Shown in pieces: positions 36,244 through 39,673 of a stretch of 39,673 nt of DNA (position 1 is its first letter; the number at the start of each line of letters is the position of its first letter). This stretch comes from a virus. Taxonomy: Duplodnaviria; Caudoviricetes. The notes under the pieces are model-generated. The model was not told the origin of the DNA. It saw nothing but the letters and a program-made list of their open reading frames with translations, and did not search any database. The stretch is taken from the IMG/VR virus record IMGVR_UViG_3300023293_000036, positions 1 to 39,673 of that record, one strand, 5' to 3'. Position numbers and translations under genes: made by a program.

Positions 36244-36863
36244 TATATAATCCCCCATTGCTTGCGCCATACTGTCCACGTTATCGCTTGCAATTCGTAT
36301 GGCTTAAGTTTGCGACGCTTGCCATTGTCGACGATTGTGCAACGCTTAGACGCTGCTACATAGGCTTGCACAAGCTCTTTGTATTCGCGCTTGCCAATAT
36401 TGGTTCTATCGTCTGTTAATCCTATGCGCTCGTTATATGCTATGTTGCGCGCATGACCATCTATACAGCAAGAGTCTTGATCCATGATACATTCATAAAA
36501 GGATATTATCTTTTGACCATTCAACATACGCATAATGGACTCGTTATCGCTTGGCATTGTTTCAAGTATGTCCCAAGCCTTTTGTTTCATGGTGTGATAA
36601 GTGGACACCTTGACCGACTCCATTGTGTCACCATACATGAAAGCGCCAATAAGGTCATTAGCGTTGGCAATATTGCGAGACCACTTATTGTTTGGCGATA
36701 GGGCGGCAACAACACCGACAACGATATTGAGCGGCATACAATGCGACTCTGCTATATCTAAGCAATTCTGTTGTGCATGAGCGTACCATTCAACGCCATG
36801 TCGTATGTCGTGTGGTGTCGCTTTTAAGCGCATTGCAATTATGTTTTTGATTAGGCTTTCCAT
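36243..36863 (-). CDS. HhH-GPD/glycosylase-like phage protein (DUF7178-like)
   Basis: GVEWY, VVAALSP..KW..N, GQKIISFY..I, CIDGHA, ELQAITW; TAATG coupling. Confidence 0.55.
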   Translation of the reverse strand: MESLIKNIIAMRLKATPHDIRHGVEWYAHAQQNCLDIAESHCMPLNIVVGVVAALSPNNKWSRNIANANDLIGAFMYGDTMESVKVSTYHTMKQKAWDILETMPSDNESIMRMLNGQKIISFYECIMDQDSCCIDGHARNIAYNERIGLTDDRTNIGKREYKELVQAYVAASKRCTIVDNGKRRKLKPYELQAITWTVWRKQWGII

Positions 36864-37054
36864 TATTTTGACTCCCAATAGTAACCACCGAGTCCATCAA
36901 CATAGAATAGGACTCCTGTATCGTTAAATTCAATAAATTGCCCTAGGGCGAAACAAGTTAAACCAAAATAAGCAAGCAGTACGAGCTTGCCGCAAGTATT
37001 TAACAACGGTTTTGGCGTTGGTTTAGTTTGGCGGTAATAGGTTGGATATTCCAT
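36863..37054 (-). CDS. Small membrane protein (63 aa)
   Basis: AAGGA RBS; one hydrophobic segment. Confidence 0.6.
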   Translation of the reverse strand: MEYPTYYRQTKPTPKPLLNTCGKLVLLAYFGLTCFALGQFIEFNDTGVLFYVDGLGGYYWESK

Positions 37055-37090
37055 TAGTTTGATCCTTTATCGGTGTTAACTTGTAAAATC

Positions 37091-37119
37091 TTTATGAGGC
37101 GATTCGCCCGATATTGCAA
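37091..37119 (-). promoter_or_regulatory. Putative sigma70 promoter TTGCAA-N17-CATAAA with CGAATCG in the spacer
   Basis: Upstream of 37054; spacing fits, -10 is weak. Confidence 0.4.
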
Positions 37120-37225
37120 GCTCTAAAATCATTCTATTAAATAAAACATATAATAATAGAACGGGCGCTCGCGTTACTTATTAGCAAGTGATTCGTCAAA
37201 TGGTATTTTTGGGCTTGACCGAATC

Positions 37226-37429
37226 ATTGTAAAAATGCCACGTTACTCAAATGTCACATTGTAAAAATATCACACGCACAAAAAATCGTAACTGTTGCGA
37301 ATCTGTCACTATGGCAAAAATGTCACACCTGTTGCAAATATGTTTTGTCAAGTGTTGCAAAAATGTTTTACCGAATCAGTTGCAAAAATGTCACTGTGAC
37401 CAAAATACCACTGTTGCAGAAATACCACA
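37226..37429. repeat. About 11 degenerate 16-17 bp tandem units, consensus TGTTGCAAAAATGTCAC
   Basis: Examples: TGTTGCGAATCTGTCAC, TATGGCAAAAATGTCAC, AGTTGCAAAAATGTCAC, TGTGACCAAAATACCAC, TGTTGCAGAAATACCAC. Confidence 0.85.
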
Positions 37430-37430
37430 G

Positions 37431-37520
37431 ACCCCCCTCCAGTGGAAAATGACCCCTCCAGTGGAAAATGGGAGTCACCCCACCAGTGGAAATAATTCTG
37501 TTGACCCCGCCGGGGGAATT
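37431..37520 (+). repeat. Three to four copies of ACCCCTCCAGTGGAAAAT
   Basis: 37434-37451, 37452-37470, 37477-37493, degenerate 37504-37520. Confidence 0.85.
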
Positions 37521-37529
37521 ATGTACGGT
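37501..37529 (+). promoter_or_regulatory. Putative sigma70 early promoter TTGACC-N17-TACGGT
   Basis: Correct spacing; upstream of AAGGAG RBS and ATG 37558. Confidence 0.5.
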
Positions 37530-37557
37530 GATTCGTAGTAGCAAAGGAGATTCGCTG

Positions 37558-37716
37558 ATGGAAGTACGTGAAAAATACTATGAAGTATACATTGATGGTG
37601 ACCTGCATCACAAGGGGTTTTTTGAAGATTGCAGATACTATGCGCTTTATGCCCTTGACGATGATTGTGCTGAAGTGTATGAGGTAACTGTAACAGAAGA
37701 GAAGGTAGTGATATAA
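37558..37716 (+). CDS. Hypothetical early protein (52 aa)
   Basis: AAGGAG RBS; TAATG coupling to the next gene. Confidence 0.7.
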   Translation: MEVREKYYEVYIDGDLHHKGFFEDCRYYALYALDDDCAEVYEVTVTEEKVVI

Positions 37717-38012
37717 TGGCTAAAGTAAATGGACTATTCCAAGACGCACAAGAAGCTAAAGAATCTCGCTACACTGAGATTATGGTAGAGGCTGACGTTG
37801 AGATGATGTACCACTGCGGAGAAATAGAGACGCTGAACATCAGAGGTATACCATGTCTATGGTCGTGGGATGAAACATCCAGAGATGCAGCAGAGTATTG
37901 GGCTATCTGGGATCACGTAGGTGCTTACTACACCTTTGACTGGATGTCGATTAAATCTTGGACTGGCAGCCCTGTGAAAAATACAGTTGAACTAGACCAA
38001 CGAACCAACTAG
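37716..38012 (+). CDS. Hypothetical early protein (98 aa)
   Basis: Coupled ORF; no recognisable motif. Confidence 0.7.
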   Translation: MAKVNGLFQDAQEAKESRYTEIMVEADVEMMYHCGEIETLNIRGIPCLWSWDETSRDAAEYWAIWDHVGAYYTFDWMSIKSWTGSPVKNTVELDQRTN

Positions 38013-38048
38013 AGTACCCCCACGATGGAAATTAAGGAATACGTCAAC

Positions 38049-38201
38049 ATGAAGAGATACGCACTGGCAACTGAAGTAAAAGGCGTCATAATAAACTTAA
38101 AATTACCCTTGATGTCTAAGATAGATGCTGATAAACATGCTAATAAGCTCAGGGAATTATCTGACGCACCAATATTTGTAATTGACACTAGATCGGAGTA
38201 A
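38049..38201 (+). CDS. Hypothetical protein (50 aa, not in ORF track)
   Basis: AAGGA RBS; MKRYALATEVKGVIINLKLPLMSKIDADKHANKLRELSDAPIFVIDTRSE*. Confidence 0.6.
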   Translation: MKRYALATEVKGVIINLKLPLMSKIDADKHANKLRELSDAPIFVIDTRSE

Positions 38202-38206
38202 ATGAC

Positions 38207-38515
38207 ATGACACTAGACACACGCATGGTAAGCATGGTGCTTGCAGAGAACGCCAACGAGTTTATCACGGTTAAGTTCCTAACTAAAGACCACGAAGAGC
38301 GTACCTACAATGGTCGTCTGAACGTAAAGAAATATCTTGTTGGTGGTGAGCGTGGTCGTAAGGCTGCTGACGTTCTCAAAGCTCACAACCTGATCCCTAT
38401 GTTCGTGGGTAAGGATGGTGAGAAGCCTAAGTACAAGAGCTTCTGTATTGATCGTGTACTGGCTATGAAAGCTGGTGGTCGTCACATACATGGCATGGGT
38501 AACGAGATCGTATGA
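38207..38515 (+). CDS. Conserved phage protein, SH3-like beta-barrel type
   Basis: FITVKFLTKD...R...GRLNVKKYL.GG...YKSF.IDRV pattern, familiar from phage early proteins. Confidence 0.5.
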   Translation: MTLDTRMVSMVLAENANEFITVKFLTKDHEERTYNGRLNVKKYLVGGERGRKAADVLKAHNLIPMFVGKDGEKPKYKSFCIDRVLAMKAGGRHIHGMGNEIV

Positions 38516-38907
38516 CACCCCTCATGTGTCTAGCAGCAGCGGTCTTCTTTGAAGCCAGATCAGAACCTCTGGAGGGACAGATGGCCGTTGCGGAGGTCGT
38601 AATGACTAGGGTAGAATCACCCCGTTGGCCCGACGAAATATGCTCTGTTGTCTTCCAGCGTAAGCAGTTCTCGTTCACCCACGATGGAAAATCTGATAAC
38701 TACCACAACTACAACAGTAATGTCTTCGACAGACAAGCCATTGATATAGCTGAGACTATAGCTAAGTCAGCACTAAAAGGTGACCGCATAGGCTTGACTT
38801 CTACCCACTATCATACCACTTATGTATCACCATATTGGTCCAAGAATTACCACCGAGATGGTCGCATTGGTACACACGTTTTTTACACAGCACCCGAAGG
38901 GAAATGA
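38512..38907 (+). CDS. SleB-like cell wall hydrolase (Hydrolase_2)
   Basis: CLAAAVFFEARSEP..GQMAVAEVV..RV, VVFQRKQFSF, HYH, P.WS, IGTHVFY. Confidence 0.9.
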   Translation: MTPLMCLAAAVFFEARSEPLEGQMAVAEVVMTRVESPRWPDEICSVVFQRKQFSFTHDGKSDNYHNYNSNVFDRQAIDIAETIAKSALKGDRIGLTSTHYHTTYVSPYWSKNYHRDGRIGTHVFYTAPEGK

Positions 38908-38911
38908 GATA

Positions 38912-39073
38912 ATGTTTAACATGACACTTGAGCAACACTTAGAGGAGATGGGTATACGCAGCCCCAAGACCTTAATAGATACGCTGGAGAGCATACTTGA
39001 TCCTCGCTGGCAATACCAACAGAAAGGATACTATAATGACCCCCGCGATAGAAATGGAGAGGTACCGTTCTGA
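38912..39073 (+). CDS. Hypothetical protein (53 aa)
   Basis: MFNMTLEQHLEEMG...DRNGEVPF*; TGATG coupling to thyX. Confidence 0.6.
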   Translation: MFNMTLEQHLEEMGIRSPKTLIDTLESILDPRWQYQQKGYYNDPRDRNGEVPF

Positions 39074-39673
39074 TGATAACAGCAACATACATAGACCACA
39101 TGGGTACTGACCTGACTGTAGTTAATGCTGCAAGGGTTAGCTTTGGTAAGAAGAGTGTATGGGACACTGAACCTAGAAGCCGTGAAGTCCGTGATGGTAA
39201 GACGTACTACAAAGACTTCCCACCCCCCAATACCTTACTTAAGGGAGACACTAAGCTGATCAAGTACCTAGCCAATCATAGCCATTATAGTCCATTTGGA
39301 CACTGCTTTGCATCCTTCCATGTCAAGGCTCCAGTGTTTGTGGCGCGACAGTTAGTCAAGCATAAGTTCCTACGATGGAATGAGATCAGCCGTAGGTACG
39401 TGAGTGATAAGCCTGAGTTTTATGAACCAAAGGAATGGCGTGGTAAATCAGCAGACAAGAAGCAAGGGTCTGAGGGTGTAGTAGATGTGGGTGACTGGGG
39501 TGATACTAACTGGGCATGTCTCAAAGCATACAACGATCTACTGGAGCATGGGGTAGCCCCTGAGCAAGCACGTATGGTATTACCACAGTCCACCATGACT
39601 GAGTGGTACTGGTCAGGTAGCCTTGATGCCTTTGCTGATATGTGTAAGCTAAGGTGCGCCACTGATACACAGG
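39073..39673 (+). CDS. thyX: Flavin-dependent thymidylate synthase ThyX (3' truncated)
   Basis: Manual translation: MGTDLTVVNAARVSFGK, HYSPFGH, APVFVARQLVKHKFLRWNEISRRYV, APEQARMVLPQ. Confidence 0.93.
   Translation, partial: MITATYIDHMGTDLTVVNAARVSFGKKSVWDTEPRSREVRDGKTYYKDFPPPNTLLKGDTKLIKYLANHSHYSPFGHCFASFHVKAPVFVARQLVKHKFLRWNEISRRYVSDKPEFYEPKEWRGKSADKKQGSEGVVDVGDWGDTNWACLKAYNDLLEHGVAPEQARMVLPQSTMTEWYWSGSLDAFADMCKLRCATDTQ

Noticed and set aside
37251-37538. 95-aa ORF and the N-terminal extension of 37468..37716
   Set aside because: These translate the repeat arrays and have no RBS. The real start is likely ATG 37558 after AAGGAG.
41-39662. Numerous antisense or alternate-frame ORFs in the track (e.g. 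41..325, 4665..5072, 17984..18415, 22513..22761, 24742..25215, 24900..25436, 32456..32803, 39420..39662)
   Set aside because: They overlap well-supported genes, have shadow-ORF composition and lack RBS or motifs.
1-39673. Prophage or temperate module
   Set aside because: No integrase, repressor, att-like junction or host genes in the window. The unseen part of the genome cannot be assessed.

Overview
The window is most of the genome of a tailed dsDNA phage with a siphovirus-type morphogenesis module. The host is probably a marine Alphaproteobacterium (Rhodobacteraceae/Roseobacter-like). That is an inference from the SIO1/cobavirus-like replication gene set, the RcGTA-like terminase and the GANTC clustering. 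+ strand, 1-9081: T7-like replication and nucleotide-metabolism arm (primase-helicase C-terminus, family A DNA polymerase, putative SSB, 5'-3' exonuclease, endonuclease I, metallophosphoesterase, adenine MTase, MazG, class II RNR, glutaredoxin, PhoH), ending at a bidirectional terminator. - strand, 35137 to 9142: TerS, TerL, portal, an inserted 5-gene fibre cassette, split prohead protease/scaffold, decoration protein, MCP, neck genes, HNH, tail tube, -1 frameshifted tail chaperone, tape measure, tail tip genes with a GNAT, short fibre plus chaperone, and a six-gene lysis block. 35.1-37.6 kb is a largely non-coding control region with three small leftward genes, dense operator-like palindromes, two repeat arrays and about 30 GANTC sites. 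It is followed by rightward early genes, a SleB-like hydrolase and ThyX (truncated by the window end). No tRNA, CRISPR, integrase or RNA polymerase was seen. All assignments come from motif recognition and synteny by eye; no searches were run.
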